Source: Deltaproteobacteria bacterium (GTDB lineage: Bacteria > Myxococcota > Kuafuiibacteriia > Kuafuiibacteriales > Kuafuiibacteriaceae). Taken from it: a stretch of 64,000 nt of DNA. Shown one piece after another: positions 9,685 to 20,540 of the stretch (within the stretch, counting starts at the first letter, position 1; each line of letters opens with the position of its first letter). The stretch lies in NCBI GenBank assembly GCA_040218735.1, contig JAVJQW010000067.1, positions 128,001-192,000 of the forward strand, in the 5' to 3' direction. Under the pieces are notes generated by a model. That model was not told the DNA's origin, did no database searches, and saw only the letters and a program-made list of their open reading frames with translations. Made by a program: the position numbers and the translations under genes.

Positions 9685-10971
9685 ATGTCCCGCGTGCCGG
9701 CCTGGCTCTTTCCTGCATCGAGCGCGTTCCTCGTCACCGCGATCGTCGTCCTGTTCGGCGTCCTCGCGAGCCCCGGGTGCCAAACCCGGTGCACGTCGAA
9801 CTTCGACTGCGGAGGATCGTTCTGCTCGCAGGGTCGCTGCGAGACCGAGTGTTTCGCGGACATCGACTGCCAGCGCCCGCCGGAGTGCCAGGACAACCCG
9901 ACGGCGTGTGTGCCGAAGGGCCTGCGCTGCAACGGCATCGGGCGCTGCGTCGGCGCCGTTCGGCTGCGTCCGCCGGTGGAAGGCACGCGTGACGTCTTCA
10001 CGCCGCCGAACGACGGCATCATCGACGGCTGGGACGACCGCCCCGGCTCGGGCCGCGCGTTCATCGTCAACCAGATCGCGATCGCGGGTGACGACCGCGG
10101 CTTCGACATCGACGGCGTCTGCACGGAAGACGGCTGCATCGACAACTACCTGCACCGCCTCGGCGACCTCGGGAACGACCAGATCCGCCAGGGCCTCCTC
10201 GGCGGCGAGTCCCTCCTGCTCCTCGAGCTGGCGGGCCTGGAGCAGAACTACCTCGGCGACGACTCGTCGATGACGGTGAAGATCTACGGCGCGCGCGACG
10301 CGGACGACCCCTTCTTCCCTGCGAACAACTTCAAGATCCCGCCGGGTCACTCCACCTGCTGTGAGTTCAAGATCAACCCGCAGTCGCTCGCGGGCATCCC
10401 GTCGCAGGCGCGCGCGCGAGCGCCGGCCCGCATCGAGCGCGGCCGCCTCCGTTCGCTGGCGCCGGTGCCGATTCAGTTCACGCTGACCGTCGGCGTGCCG
10501 CCGCACCCGGAGATTCGCCTGGAGCGCGTGCTGATCTCGGGTCGCCTCCCGTCGAACCTCGCGGAGTTCAGCGAGGGCCTGCTCGGCGGCGCGGTGCCGG
10601 TCAACACGCTCGCGCAGACCGAGAACCCGTACTGCCGCACGGTCTCGCCGCGGTGCCCGATCCCGTTCACGGACAGCACCCTGATCGACCTCGTCGCGAA
10701 CCTCCTCGGGCCGCAGCCGGACGTCGACCTCGACTTCGACGGCCTCGAGTGCGTGCGCGACATGAACGGCGACGGCGCGATCGACGTCTGCTGCGATGGC
10801 GCGGACGGCGCGGACACCTGCGGCGGCTCGTCCTGCCCGGGCAACGCGGTCGCCGCGGTCGACCCCGCCAAGCCGGCCTCCTGCGCCCTGCACCCGCAGG
10901 TCGCGGACGGCTACTCGGTGGGCATCACCTTCACGGCGGTCGCGGCCAAGATCGTCGGCGTCGGCCAGTAA
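9685..10971 (+). CDS. Cys-rich putative lipoprotein, function unknown
   Basis: Hydrophobic N-terminus then ASPGC; CTSNFDC..C..GRC repeats; DxDxDG Ca-binding-like motifs; GC3-biased codons. Confidence 0.75.
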   Translation: MSRVPAWLFPASSAFLVTAIVVLFGVLASPGCQTRCTSNFDCGGSFCSQGRCETECFADIDCQRPPECQDNPTACVPKGLRCNGIGRCVGAVRLRPPVEGTRDVFTPPNDGIIDGWDDRPGSGRAFIVNQIAIAGDDRGFDIDGVCTEDGCIDNYLHRLGDLGNDQIRQGLLGGESLLLLELAGLEQNYLGDDSSMTVKIYGARDADDPFFPANNFKIPPGHSTCCEFKINPQSLAGIPSQARARAPARIERGRLRSLAPVPIQFTLTVGVPPHPEIRLERVLISGRLPSNLAEFSEGLLGGAVPVNTLAQTENPYCRTVSPRCPIPFTDSTLIDLVANLLGPQPDVDLDFDGLECVRDMNGDGAIDVCCDGADGADTCGGSSCPGNAVAAVDPAKPASCALHPQVADGYSVGITFTAVAAKIVGVGQ

Positions 10972-11029
10972 AAGACCCCCGCCTCCGTCCTTGCGACGGG
11001 CCCCGCAGGTTGGGGTAGAGTTGTCGCCG

Positions 11030-12166
11030 ATGCGGCACAGCCTCGTACTGTTCACGCTCACGGCTACCTTCGCCGCCACCGCGTCCGCACGCGCGGACCA
11101 GCGCCTCCCGATCGCGGTGATGGAGCTGTCCGGTCAGGGCGTCGACGAGGCGGCGGCCAGCGCGCTGACGACGGAGGTGTCGAACACCCTGTCCCAGCTG
11201 CGTGTCTTCCAGGTCATCACGCGCGAGGACATCAAGCGGATGCTGCAGCTCGAGCAGACGAAGCAGCAGTGCACCGGCACGGTCGACGCGGCGTGTATGG
11301 CGGAGATCGGCGGCGCGCTCGGCGTCGACTACCTGATCTACGGCTCGGTCGCGAAGCTCGGGACGACGTACTCGCTGTCGCTCGTCCTCCTCGACATCTC
11401 CAAGGCCGAGGCGGCGAACCGCGCCAACAAGAAGATCGCGGACGTGGGTGCGCTGCTCGACGAGACGGCGACCGCCACGAAGCTGCTGATGCAGCCGCTC
11501 CTCGCGGACAAGAAGGGCTACCTGGTCCTCGACATGCGCGAGCCGGGGGCGAAGGTCACCGTCGACGGCCGCCTCATCGGCGTGTCGCCGCTGCCGGGGC
11601 GCCTCGAGCTCCCGATGGGCGCACACGAGGTGCTGATCGAGAAGAAGGGCTTCTTGACCTGGGCGAAGACGGTCGACGTGCCGCCGAACCAGGCCGCGGT
11701 GGAGCCCGTGTCGTTGGTGCCGAGCCAGGAGTTCATCGACGAGTACGTCTCGGGCGCACGCACCACGCGTACGGCCGCGTGGATCACCGCGGGCGCGGGC
11801 GCGACGCTGATCGCGACGGCGGTGGTGTTGCGGTTGGTCGCCAACGCGCGCTTCGACGACCTCTCGAACAAGGGTTACATCACGACCCAGGCGTCGATCT
11901 GCGCGGAGCAGAACCCGGGCTTCGCGGGGGGTGAGTTCTGCCCCACCTCGGAGGGCTACGCGAACGACGTGCTCGGCTCGGTGCGGAGCATCGAGACCAT
12001 GGACTCCTTCGCGCTCGGCGCGGTCATCACCGGCGGAGCGAGCGCAATCGTGTCGGCGGTCCTCTTCGCCATCGGCGAGGACCCGGGCCGCTACGAAGCC
12101 TACGGCGACACCAAGGTCGCGGTGTCGGCGGGGCAGAACGGTGGCGCCCTGACCTTCTCGTTCTGA
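11030..12166 (+). CDS. PEGA domain-containing exported protein with N-terminal TolB-N/CsgG-like alpha/beta domain
   Basis: Signal peptide MRHSLVLFTLTATFAATASARA (ATG 11030); CMAEIGGALGVDYLIYGSV; PEGA motif PGAKVTVDGRLIGVSPL...GAHEVLIEKKGF; ends in LTFSF. Confidence 0.82.
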   Translation: MRHSLVLFTLTATFAATASARADQRLPIAVMELSGQGVDEAAASALTTEVSNTLSQLRVFQVITREDIKRMLQLEQTKQQCTGTVDAACMAEIGGALGVDYLIYGSVAKLGTTYSLSLVLLDISKAEAANRANKKIADVGALLDETATATKLLMQPLLADKKGYLVLDMREPGAKVTVDGRLIGVSPLPGRLELPMGAHEVLIEKKGFLTWAKTVDVPPNQAAVEPVSLVPSQEFIDEYVSGARTTRTAAWITAGAGATLIATAVVLRLVANARFDDLSNKGYITTQASICAEQNPGFAGGEFCPTSEGYANDVLGSVRSIETMDSFALGAVITGGASAIVSAVLFAIGEDPGRYEAYGDTKVAVSAGQNGGALTFSF

Positions 12167-12192
12167 CCGCCCTGTCTTAGACTCTAGGCGCG

Positions 12193-12702
12193 ATGAAGAA
12201 GTGGTTCGCGCTCGCGTTTCTCGCGGCCGCCGCCTGCAGCGGCGGCGACGAAGACGACGGTCCGATGTTCGAGATGCCGCAGATCCTCCCGGTGCAGACG
12301 CCCGCGTGTGTCACGTCGACCGCGGCGGTCGTAGGTGATTCGCTCAAGTACGACTTCGCAGTGAACAACCGCGGTCGCGAGACGCTGCTCATCACGGGCG
12401 GGGAGCTCGTGGACGACGACGGCGGGCACTTCCGTTACTCCGAAATGCGTCTCTCCGTCGGCTCGGATCCCTGCACCGACGCGACGCCGTGCGCCCTCGA
12501 GTATCTCGACGACAGCGCCTTTGCCCGCTTCTTCTACGAGCCGACGGGACCTGGCTGGCACTCGGCGAACCTGCTGATCTACTCGAACGCCGAGAACTTC
12601 CCGATCCTTCAGACGTACGTCCTCGCGCGCGCGCGCCCGGAGGACGATCCCGACTACGTGTTCGGCGACAAACCGGCCGACGCCCAAGGGGCATGTGACT
12701 GA
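12193..12702 (+). CDS. Lipoprotein with Ig-like (ASH/choice-of-anchor D-like) domain
   Basis: Lipobox AAAC; VNNRGRETLLI...YEPTGPGWHSANLLIYSN pattern. Confidence 0.7.
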   Translation: MKKWFALAFLAAAACSGGDEDDGPMFEMPQILPVQTPACVTSTAAVVGDSLKYDFAVNNRGRETLLITGGELVDDDGGHFRYSEMRLSVGSDPCTDATPCALEYLDDSAFARFFYEPTGPGWHSANLLIYSNAENFPILQTYVLARARPEDDPDYVFGDKPADAQGACD

Positions 12703-12714
12703 CGATCTCCGGCG

Positions 12715-13455
12715 GTGGGTCTCTTCGACACAACAGCCACGACCCGCCTCGGAGCCTTGGCCGGGGTCCTCGCGATCGCTGGCCTCGCGTGCAGCCACAC
12801 CATCGACTACGACCCTCCGCGCACCGACCGCCGTGCGAGCACCTTCCCCTATCGACTCGGCATCGCGCCGTTTCGGATGCACGCCGAAACCAAGGCTGCC
12901 GATACCGTGCGAGGCAGAGCGCTCGAGTGCAACGAAGGGACCGGCTACAGCGGCGGCGCAGAAGCGATCCCGAGCCAGATCGCCCATCAGCTCGCTCGAC
13001 ACATCGCCACCACCGGGTTGGTCGAGGATGTCGTGGTGACCGACGACACCTCCGGCGTCGACTTGCTCCTCACCGGCGCCATCCGCAGCTTCGACGGGTG
13101 CATCTCGGACATGCCGACGCGAGCGCTGGGCGGCCTGGTCGGCAGCACGATCGAGGCCCACGTCGACAAGGACCGGTTCCGCGACGCCAACGCGCCCCGC
13201 AGCATCCACGCCGAAGTCGTCTTCTACGATCTGGAGGTCCGTCGCTCTGGGCGACGCGACAGCCTCCCCTCGATACGCGAAGGGGTGACCGCCAATATCC
13301 CTCGTAAGCGGAGCGATAGGACCCCGTACGAAGTGGCCGACCAAGCCCTCGCACGCGCAGGTAGCGCGCTCTTCAGAACGCTGGTTCGCTACCTCGACGG
13401 ATCGATGCGCGAGGACGACGCGAACCGGACGTTCGTTCCGAGGTCGACGGACTGA
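12715..13455 (+). CDS. Hypothetical lipoprotein
   Basis: Lipobox GLAC; fills the gap between flanking genes; codon usage appears less GC3-biased than its neighbours. Confidence 0.6.
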   Translation: MGLFDTTATTRLGALAGVLAIAGLACSHTIDYDPPRTDRRASTFPYRLGIAPFRMHAETKAADTVRGRALECNEGTGYSGGAEAIPSQIAHQLARHIATTGLVEDVVVTDDTSGVDLLLTGAIRSFDGCISDMPTRALGGLVGSTIEAHVDKDRFRDANAPRSIHAEVVFYDLEVRRSGRRDSLPSIREGVTANIPRKRSDRTPYEVADQALARAGSALFRTLVRYLDGSMREDDANRTFVPRSTD

Positions 13456-13464
13456 CTCCGCGAC

Positions 13465-15333
13465 CTACGGGCGGCCGCAGAGGTCCATGCCGTTCTGCTC
13501 GTAGATCCCTTCGCACTGCCCCGGCACCGCGCAGCCGGCGCGGGCCGTGATGCGGAACTGGTACCGGCCGCTCGCGCCGATGTCGTAGTCGTCGCGCTGC
13601 AGATCCGACATGCGGAAGTAGTGCGGCCCCGCGCGTGTGACTTCGCGGAAGACCACGAAACACTCGCTCGAACCGACGCCGCCGGTGTCGACGGACTGCG
13701 CGTTCTCAGCGACCGGGTACTGGCACGGCTCGGGATCCTGCTGCGTGATCATCCCGTCGTTGCGGCAGCGCTTGCCGTAACCCTGGTAGCGCTCACGCGG
13801 GCTGTCCTGCTCGCCGAAGAAGAACGCTTCGAGCTCCACCGCCGTCGGCGCCATCTGCAACTCGAATTGCAGCTCCCAGTCGCCGTTCTGGCCCGGTGAC
13901 GGCGCGGCGTCGCCCGGGATCTCGAACGCGAACCAGTCCGCGTCGCCCGCGTACGAGATGTACCCCTCGGTCCACGGCCACTGGATCGTCGTGCCGGCGG
14001 TGCTCGTCGACGGCTGCACCAACCGCGCCGACCCGCGCCCATCCGCGTAGTTCTCCGGTCCGTCGGGATCCGCGGGGAGATCGATCGTGAGCGTGTACGC
14101 GATCGCGTCGTCGTAGTCGTTGTCCTGAAGGTCGCGCACCTGCACGAAGTACAGCCCGTCCTCACGCGCCACGTGGGAGGTCGTCAGCGACGCGGCCCCC
14201 ATCGCGCCGTCGCGGTGGAAGCGCAAGGCCTGACACTCGTCGCCCAGCTCCTGCTCGCAGATGAGGAGGTTGCCGTCGTTCGCGAGCACGGAGATCGACA
14301 GATCGACCGCCGTCCCCATCGGCATCTGCGCCGTCGCCGTGATCAGCCGCGGCGCGCCCGTCACCTGAATCGCGTAGAAGTCGAAGTCCGAGACCGACGC
14401 GATGTACCCGGTGATCTGCTGCCCCGCGGTCACCATCGTCGGACGGTTCGCGGTGTCGTTCTGGCTCGCACGCTCGTTGGCGTCCGGCTCCTGGAGCAAC
14501 CGCACCGTCAACGTGTAGATCCGCGCGAGGTCGGCCTGCGCTCCGTCCATCGGGTCGTCGTCGACGCGGATGAGGTAGCGGCCCATCGCGTTGCCCACCG
14601 CGCGGTTCTCGGTGCGCCACGGGACGTCCGTCGTCGGTTCGCGCGACACCGCGATGTCCGTGTCCGCCGCGGGGTTGAGCAGCGTCCAACGCAGCCGCAC
14701 GTCCGACAGCCCCGGCGCCACCATATCGATCTGGATGAGCTCGTTCGCAGCAACGTCGATGTAGAACCAATCCTGGTCTCCCTGCGAACCGATCGCCCCG
14801 TTCACCGAAGTCCCCGGCGTCAATGCGATCGCCTCCGCCGCCGTGTCGTTCGGCTCGTTGCTGTCGGCCTCTTCGAGGATGTCGACCTGGATGTAGTAAG
14901 GCGCCTTGTCCTGACCGTCGCCGCCGACATCACGCACCACCACGGCGTGCGCGCCGCCCACATCGATCGCGCGCTGGATGACCACACGTTGCCGGCCGTT
15001 GTTCTGGAAGCGCTGGTTGTCGAGCGCCATGCCGTCCGGACCGAACAGCACGACCTCCAGACGAATCGGCGAGAACTCGATGTCGTTCTCCACCACGATG
15101 TTCACGATGCGCCCCGCCTGCACGTCGAACGTCCAGCGGTCGGAGTCGCCGACTGGGTACACGTAGTCCGTCGCGCGCGTCCCGGGCACGAGCGTGCACG
15201 CCATCGCGTCCGTACACTCGTCCGGGATCGTCGCGGCGTCCGTCGGCCCCGCGTCCCGCATCTCGGTCATCTTGTCGTCGCTGCACGCGACGAACGCGAG
15301 AGCGATCCAGCACCAGCGCATTGATCTCATCAT
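13465..15333 (-). CDS. Lipoprotein with tandem PPC-like (pre-peptidase C-terminal) domains; MtsF-like
   Basis: Lipobox FVAC; four repeats of the type EPND...G.I...GD.DWF (GDSDRWTF, GDQDWFY, SDFDFY, GDADWFAF); last gene of the mts-like operon. Confidence 0.75.
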   Translation of the reverse strand: MMRSMRWCWIALAFVACSDDKMTEMRDAGPTDAATIPDECTDAMACTLVPGTRATDYVYPVGDSDRWTFDVQAGRIVNIVVENDIEFSPIRLEVVLFGPDGMALDNQRFQNNGRQRVVIQRAIDVGGAHAVVVRDVGGDGQDKAPYYIQVDILEEADSNEPNDTAAEAIALTPGTSVNGAIGSQGDQDWFYIDVAANELIQIDMVAPGLSDVRLRWTLLNPAADTDIAVSREPTTDVPWRTENRAVGNAMGRYLIRVDDDPMDGAQADLARIYTLTVRLLQEPDANERASQNDTANRPTMVTAGQQITGYIASVSDFDFYAIQVTGAPRLITATAQMPMGTAVDLSISVLANDGNLLICEQELGDECQALRFHRDGAMGAASLTTSHVAREDGLYFVQVRDLQDNDYDDAIAYTLTIDLPADPDGPENYADGRGSARLVQPSTSTAGTTIQWPWTEGYISYAGDADWFAFEIPGDAAPSPGQNGDWELQFELQMAPTAVELEAFFFGEQDSPRERYQGYGKRCRNDGMITQQDPEPCQYPVAENAQSVDTGGVGSSECFVVFREVTRAGPHYFRMSDLQRDDYDIGASGRYQFRITARAGCAVPGQCEGIYEQNGMDLCGRP

Positions 15334-17091
15334 TCAGTCCTCCGAGCTCACCGCGGTCCCTTCGACACAGTGCACGTCCGGGTCGAAGTCCGTGGGCGCC
15401 ACGAACGCCGTTTCGTCGATGGCCACCTCCGGGAACGGCGGATCCCGGAAGTCGGGGAACAGAAATGTCTGCTGCACGCAGGCGATGCGGAAGACGCCGA
15501 AGTCCGACGGGTCGTCGAAGGGCGCCTGGTCCACGTAGATGTACACGCGATTGCGGCCACCCTGGGTGTCCGCGAGCGTGATGTTCTCCACGCGGAAGTC
15601 GTAACAAGCGCGGCCCTGCTGCAGGATGTCGATGCGCGGATCGCCGGCCGGCAGATCGTCGAGGCGACGCGACACGATGTCGTAGCGGTACGCGACCGAC
15701 GAGCGGTTCGCGGCGTCGTTCTCCACGGGGTCGGAATGACCGCGGATCTCGTCGGCGTTGCGCGCGGAGTCGAAGTCGAGATCCGCCTTGCTGTCGTCCG
15801 AGACCGGGTTCGTGCCGAAGCGGAGCTCGATGGTGTCGGGCAGCCCGTCGGCGTCGGTGTCGATGAAGTTGCGGTTCGATCCGACGAAGCGCTCCTCGCA
15901 GTCGAGCAAACCATCGCCGTCGGTGTCGATGCGATCGAGGCCCTCGGTGCAGTCGGCGTCCGAAGGATCGAGCGGATCGAACCCGGACGCGCCGAGCCGC
16001 ACCTCGAGGAAGTCGTGGAAGCCGTCGTCGTCGGTGTCCGGCGAGAGGATGTCCGTGCCGACGAGCGCCTCCTCTTCGTCGTCGAGCCCGTCACCGTCCG
16101 AGTCCGGGCTCGCACGACCCACACGATCCTCGGGCGTCACGAACCTCAGCCGCGGCCGTGTGTTGGTGTTCGACACCACGAGGTTCTTCAGCGTGAACAC
16201 TCGGCGGATCGAGGTGAAGTCGACCTTCAGGAAGTTGATCTCCTCGCCGTTCGGGAAGCTCCGGAACGTGCCCTCGCCGATGTCCGCCATCGCGGTGAGG
16301 AGCGACTCGGCCTCCTGCTCGACGCCGATCCACACGCAGCCGCCCTGCTGCGCGCACTGCGCCGCGCTGCTCGCCGCGGCGCACATCTGCGAGCCGCCCT
16401 CGAGCCCCGAGTCGGTGCATCGCGAGCCGGACCGCGTCGCAGACAACAGGAGCGCGGTGTGGAAGCGAATCTCGCCGGGGCGGTAGATGCGTTCGAGATC
16501 CTTGATCGCGTTGACGGCGTCGAGGATCGACGAGCGCGTGTTGTTCGGCGGGTCGACCGGGTTGGGGAGCCCGTCGGAGAGGAAGATGATCACGTACTTC
16601 GAGCGCGCGAGATCCTCCTCCGGCGTGATCATCATGTCGTCGGCGAGCACGCGCGAGACGAGCTGCACGGCGCCGTCGTAGTCGGTCGGCTGCGACGCGA
16701 TCCCGAGCTGCACGATCGCGGCCTGAAGATCCGCGACGTCCCGCGTGAAGCCGTCCATCCCCATCGCGTTCTGGGTGAGGATGTTCGACGCGCCGTTGAA
16801 CTGCACGATCGCGAACTCGACGCCCGGGTCCGCGATGTACGCGTCCACGACCTCCTGCACCGCGAGCACCCGCTGCCCGAGCGGATCCGTGCGCGCCATG
16901 GACTGGCTGGTGTCGACCGCGAAGAGGATCTTCACCGGGAACGCGACGGTCGTCGGATCCTGGGTGCAGAACGATCCCTCGACCGCGAGTTTGTTGTCGA
17001 TCGCGCCGTCGCCGAGGCCCGGCGCGCGATAGAGACCACGGTCGGTGCACGAGACCGCGAGGAACAACGAGACCGCGAGGACACGCCTCAT
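15334..17091 (-). CDS. VWA-domain lipoprotein with thrombospondin type-3-like Ca-binding repeats; MtsD/MtsE-like
   Basis: ATG 17091 overlaps the upstream stop; lipobox AVSC; MIDAS DTSQS and FLSDG; [27 protein letters not shown] repeats. Confidence 0.85.
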   Translation of the reverse strand: MRRVLAVSLFLAVSCTDRGLYRAPGLGDGAIDNKLAVEGSFCTQDPTTVAFPVKILFAVDTSQSMARTDPLGQRVLAVQEVVDAYIADPGVEFAIVQFNGASNILTQNAMGMDGFTRDVADLQAAIVQLGIASQPTDYDGAVQLVSRVLADDMMITPEEDLARSKYVIIFLSDGLPNPVDPPNNTRSSILDAVNAIKDLERIYRPGEIRFHTALLLSATRSGSRCTDSGLEGGSQMCAAASSAAQCAQQGGCVWIGVEQEAESLLTAMADIGEGTFRSFPNGEEINFLKVDFTSIRRVFTLKNLVVSNTNTRPRLRFVTPEDRVGRASPDSDGDGLDDEEEALVGTDILSPDTDDDGFHDFLEVRLGASGFDPLDPSDADCTEGLDRIDTDGDGLLDCEERFVGSNRNFIDTDADGLPDTIELRFGTNPVSDDSKADLDFDSARNADEIRGHSDPVENDAANRSSVAYRYDIVSRRLDDLPAGDPRIDILQQGRACYDFRVENITLADTQGGRNRVYIYVDQAPFDDPSDFGVFRIACVQQTFLFPDFRDPPFPEVAIDETAFVAPTDFDPDVHCVEGTAVSSED

Positions 17092-18917
17092 TGTGCGACC
17101 CCCGGCGGCGGCGTGAGCCCCACGCAGTCGCGCGAGACGTCCAGCTCGTCGGGCGCCCAGAAGTTCTCGGGCGTCAGCTGCACGACGCCCGTCGGTGGGT
17201 CCTTGAAGTCCGGCGCCACGTAGCGCGCGTTGATACACGCGACCTTGTAGGAGCCGAAGTCGTTGGGATCGTCGAACGGCGCCTGCGCCATGTAGACGAA
17301 CAGGTCGTTGCGCCCGAAGGATCCGCGCTCCCCGGTCCGTGCGAGCGGCGTCTCGAGCTGAACGTTGCGCACGCGGAACGAGTAACACTGTCCGCCCTCG
17401 TCGTTCGTTCCGAGCTCGTCGGTGCGGTAGCGGTACGCGAGCTGCGGGCGCCGCGACGCCTCGCCGAACCCGATGCCGGTGTGCACGCGGATCTCGTCGC
17501 CATTGCGCACGCCGTCGAGGTCGCTGTCCGCGAGCGCATCGGACAGCGCCGGATCGCTCCCCGCGATGAGCTCGAGCCCGTCCGGCACGCCGTCGGCGTC
17601 GGTGTCGAAGATGTCGGTCGACGTCCCCAGGATGACCTCCTCGCAGCGGAGCAACCCGTCGGCGTCGAGGTCGGTGCGATCGCTGTCGAGCTCACAGCCG
17701 GGGCTCGGCTGCTCGGGGTCGAAGCCGTTGCGGCGGAACTTCCACTCGAGGGTGTCGGAGAAGCCGTCGTCGTCGGTGTCGCGCGACAATCGGTTGAGCC
17801 CGTGCTCGAACTCGAGGTCGTCGGACAACCCGTCGCCGTCACTGTCGACCGCGAGCCCGTCCGGCGTGGGGATGACGTTCGAGTTGTGCACGATGAGGTT
17901 CTTCATCGCGTTCTCGCGTTTGATGTTCAGCAGGTCGAAGCCGAGGAAGTCGATCTCTTCGGCCGCCGAGAAGTCACGGAACACGCCGTCGCCGAGCGCG
18001 GCCATCATGCCGAGGAGCGAGCGCGCTTCGTCGGGGCACACGAGCGTGATGCCGCCGCCGAGTGAGTAACAACCGTTTGCGTCGAGCATCCCGACGAGCG
18101 ACGGATCGAAGAGGAAGGCGGTGTGCATCCGCAGCTCGCCGACGTTGAACGTCTCCGCGAGGTCCATGATGTCCTGCACCGCGGCGCGGATCTGGAACGG
18201 CTGGTTGTAGTCTTCACCCGCGACGAGCCACGGCAGCTGCGTCGGGTTCGCGCGGATCTGATCGGGGTCCTCGCAGAACGGGATGTTCGCGGCGCGCGTG
18301 CACAGGCCGCTCGCCTCCGACATGCGCGAGCAACAGTCTGGGAAGGGATCGCCGTCGGAGAGGAACAAGAGCACGTACTTGGTGCGGCCGAGCTCGGCCG
18401 GCGGGGCGTCGAGCATGTCCGACGCGAGGATCTGGAACGCAGTCGCGAGCGCGCCCTGGTAGTCGGTCACCGAGTCGGCGACGCGCAGGCCCTGCACGGC
18501 CTGCTGGAGGATCGCCGGGTCGCGCGTGAACGCTCCCGACAGATCCACGCCGAGCGGATCGTCAGCGGTGACGGACGCGCCGGGTTTCGTGAGCACGACG
18601 TCCGACTCGTTGAATCGAATCACGGAGAACGAGACGCTCGGGTTCGCGCGCAGGCGGAGGATGACCTCCTCCACCGCGAGCGCGCGACGCGTCGGGTTGT
18701 CGACGAACTGCATCGACCCCGAACCGTCGATCAAGAACATGATCTTGACCGGGAAGTCCGTGGCCTCCGGCGGGTCGGTGCAGACCTCGCCCTCGATCTC
18801 CAACAGGTTGTCGACGAGGTTGATCTCGACGTCGTCGATCGCCTGCAAGTCGGCGTTGGTGCAGCCGATGAGCGCGGCTGCGAGAACGAGCGGGAGGTGT
18901 CGAGAGCGTTGCGACAT
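17088..18917 (-). CDS. VWA-domain lipoprotein with thrombospondin type-3-like repeats; MtsD-like
   Basis: Lipobox LIGC; [15 protein letters not shown] (MIDAS); FLSDG; DSDGDGLSD repeats; clearly paralogous to 15334..17091. Confidence 0.85.
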   Translation of the reverse strand: MSQRSRHLPLVLAAALIGCTNADLQAIDDVEINLVDNLLEIEGEVCTDPPEATDFPVKIMFLIDGSGSMQFVDNPTRRALAVEEVILRLRANPSVSFSVIRFNESDVVLTKPGASVTADDPLGVDLSGAFTRDPAILQQAVQGLRVADSVTDYQGALATAFQILASDMLDAPPAELGRTKYVLLFLSDGDPFPDCCSRMSEASGLCTRAANIPFCEDPDQIRANPTQLPWLVAGEDYNQPFQIRAAVQDIMDLAETFNVGELRMHTAFLFDPSLVGMLDANGCYSLGGGITLVCPDEARSLLGMMAALGDGVFRDFSAAEEIDFLGFDLLNIKRENAMKNLIVHNSNVIPTPDGLAVDSDGDGLSDDLEFEHGLNRLSRDTDDDGFSDTLEWKFRRNGFDPEQPSPGCELDSDRTDLDADGLLRCEEVILGTSTDIFDTDADGVPDGLELIAGSDPALSDALADSDLDGVRNGDEIRVHTGIGFGEASRRPQLAYRYRTDELGTNDEGGQCYSFRVRNVQLETPLARTGERGSFGRNDLFVYMAQAPFDDPNDFGSYKVACINARYVAPDFKDPPTGVVQLTPENFWAPDELDVSRDCVGLTPPPGVAQ

Positions 18918-18939
18918 GGGGCCTCCGAAAACGAGCGAA

Positions 18940-18967
18940 GGCGACGGTCACCGAAGTGACCGCCGCC
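18940..18967 (-). terminator. Stable intergenic stem-loop with C(UUCG)G tetraloop (attenuator/terminator or mRNA-stabilising hairpin)
   Basis: The minus strand reads GGCGGCGGTCAC-TTCG-GTGACCGTCGCC (12-bp stem, one G-U pair), followed by TTCGCTCGTTTT, between mtsC-like and mtsD-like genes. Confidence 0.6.
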
Positions 18968-18997
18968 CAAAACCGGAAATCCTATCGAAGCGGGAGC

Positions 18998-20341
18998 TTA
19001 GCGCCGACGGCGCCGGCGCGACACCAACAGCACCCCACCGAACAGACCGAACGCCGCCAGACCGGCCAGCGAGCGATCCTCGGCCGTGACGCAGGAGCAA
19101 CCACCGGCGCTGCCGTCGTCCTCGGCCGTCAGCGTGAACGTCGTCCGCGCCGTGTTGTTGTTCGGGTAGTCGGGGTCGGGGAAGACCAGCTCGGCCGACA
19201 GCTGCAGCTGGTACTCACCGGCCTTGTCCGGCGTGAAGCGCGCGACCTGGTCCTTCAGGTAGCGGTACTCGAACGCGCTGGAGTAGGTCACCGAGCCGCG
19301 CGGGTTCTGGACGCGAGCCGAGGAGCCGTCGGGCGCCTTCACGACGGTCCAGGTGTAGCGCATCGGGGTGTTCTCGCGGTTCGCGAAGATGTGCAGGTGG
19401 CGCGACTCGCCGACCAGACCGATCTCGTCTTCGAGCGAGAGGACTTCGAAGGTCGTCTCGGGGTCGAGGCAGTGCTCGGGGTTCGCGTCGTCGAGGAGGC
19501 GGTTACGGACCACGAAGCAGAAGCGCTCGTCGCAGGCGTCGCCGAGGCCGTCACGGTCGAGGTCCGCGAGGGACGCGTCCGCAACGCGGGGGCAGTTGTC
19601 GCCGATGTTCGCCACGCCGTCGCCGTCGGTGTCGCCGTCGCAGACGTCGCCGATGCCGTCGCCGTCCATGTCGCCCTGCTCGAAGTTCACCACCGCGAGG
19701 CAGTTGTCGATCGAGTCGTTGATGCCGTCGCTGTCGGAGTCGACGTCACACAGCGAGCTGTCCGTGATCGTCTCCTGCGAGGGGTTCGAGAACAGCGGGC
19801 AGTTGTCGATGTTGTCGTTGAAGCCGTCGTTGTCGTCGTCGGCGTCGCAGGCGTTACCGAAGAGGTCGCCATCCGAGTCGAGCTGCGCCGGGTTGGCGAT
19901 GAGCTCGCAGTTGTCCTGCGCGTTCAGGACGCCGTCGTTGTCCTTGTCGGGGTCGCAGACGTCGCCCACGCCGTCGCCGTCCGCGTCGAGCTGGAACTCG
20001 TCGGCCGCGGCCATGCAGTTGTCACAGACGTCGCCCACGAGGTCGCCGTCGGCGTCGAGCTGGTCGAGGTTCTTGGCGAAGGGGCAGTTGTCGAAGTCGT
20101 CTTCGATGCCGTCGCCGTCGTAGTCGTCCGCGTACTGGTAGGTGTCGCCGACGTCGGTGTTGTTGACGAGGATGGAACCGCCGCCGCAGCCGCAGCCGCC
20201 GCCGCCGGACTGGTTCGGCGTGCCGCAGAGGCCGCTGGCGCACTCGGCGTTCGCGTCGCCGCTCTGGGCGAATGCCATCGGCGCGAAGGCCATGGCCGCA
20301 AGGAAAGAAGTGGTGGTGAGGAGGACCCCGGTCGTGCTCAT
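18998..20341 (-). CDS. mtsC: Thrombospondin type-3 repeat, MYXO-CTERM cell-surface protein (cell-cell cohesion MtsC-like)
   Basis: Signal peptide from ATG 20341; N-terminal [27 protein letters not shown]; many DNCP..N.DQ.D.DGDG.GD.CD repeats; C-terminal GGCSC + TM + RRRRRR (MYXO-CTERM). Confidence 0.82.
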   Translation of the reverse strand: MSTTGVLLTTTSFLAAMAFAPMAFAQSGDANAECASGLCGTPNQSGGGGCGCGGGSILVNNTDVGDTYQYADDYDGDGIEDDFDNCPFAKNLDQLDADGDLVGDVCDNCMAAADEFQLDADGDGVGDVCDPDKDNDGVLNAQDNCELIANPAQLDSDGDLFGNACDADDDNDGFNDNIDNCPLFSNPSQETITDSSLCDVDSDSDGINDSIDNCLAVVNFEQGDMDGDGIGDVCDGDTDGDGVANIGDNCPRVADASLADLDRDGLGDACDERFCFVVRNRLLDDANPEHCLDPETTFEVLSLEDEIGLVGESRHLHIFANRENTPMRYTWTVVKAPDGSSARVQNPRGSVTYSSAFEYRYLKDQVARFTPDKAGEYQLQLSAELVFPDPDYPNNNTARTTFTLTAEDDGSAGGCSCVTAEDRSLAGLAAFGLFGGVLLVSRRRRRR

Positions 20342-20353
20342 GCCCTCATCTTT

Positions 20354-20370
20354 AACAAGGTCCGTGCCAA
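20354..20370 (-). promoter_or_regulatory. Candidate sigma54 (-24/-12) promoter for the mts-like operon
   Basis: Minus strand TTGGCACGGACCTTGTT compared with consensus TGGCACG-N4-TTGC; the -12 element is TTGT. It would give a nearly leaderless transcript. Confidence 0.45.
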
Positions 20371-20401
20371 TCGAAAGGGGGTGCATCCGCGGGATTCGGG
20401 T

Positions 20402-20448
20402 GGGGGCGCTCGCCCCCTTTGGGTCGGAGCGAGGGGGCCGTCGCCCCC
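20402..20448. promoter_or_regulatory. Two GGGGG-N6-CCCCC palindromes 31 bp apart; possible regulator or enhancer binding sites
   Basis: GGGGGCGCTCGCCCCC (20402-20417) and GGGGGCCGTCGCCCCC (20433-20448) in the divergent intergenic region. Confidence 0.4.
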
Positions 20449-20540
20449 AACCTGGACCGCCAGGACTCGTTGTCATATTCGGTGGTTACGGCGCCCACAG
20501 GTTTGACAGCACCGCCGATCGACGCTACCGATCGTAGGTG

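Noticed and set aside
19540-20140. Regularly spaced repeats (gcagttgtc...gtcgccgtc) resembling a CRISPR array
   Set aside because: They are degenerate, in-frame thrombospondin type-3 coding repeats; there are no identical repeats with unique spacers and no cas genes.
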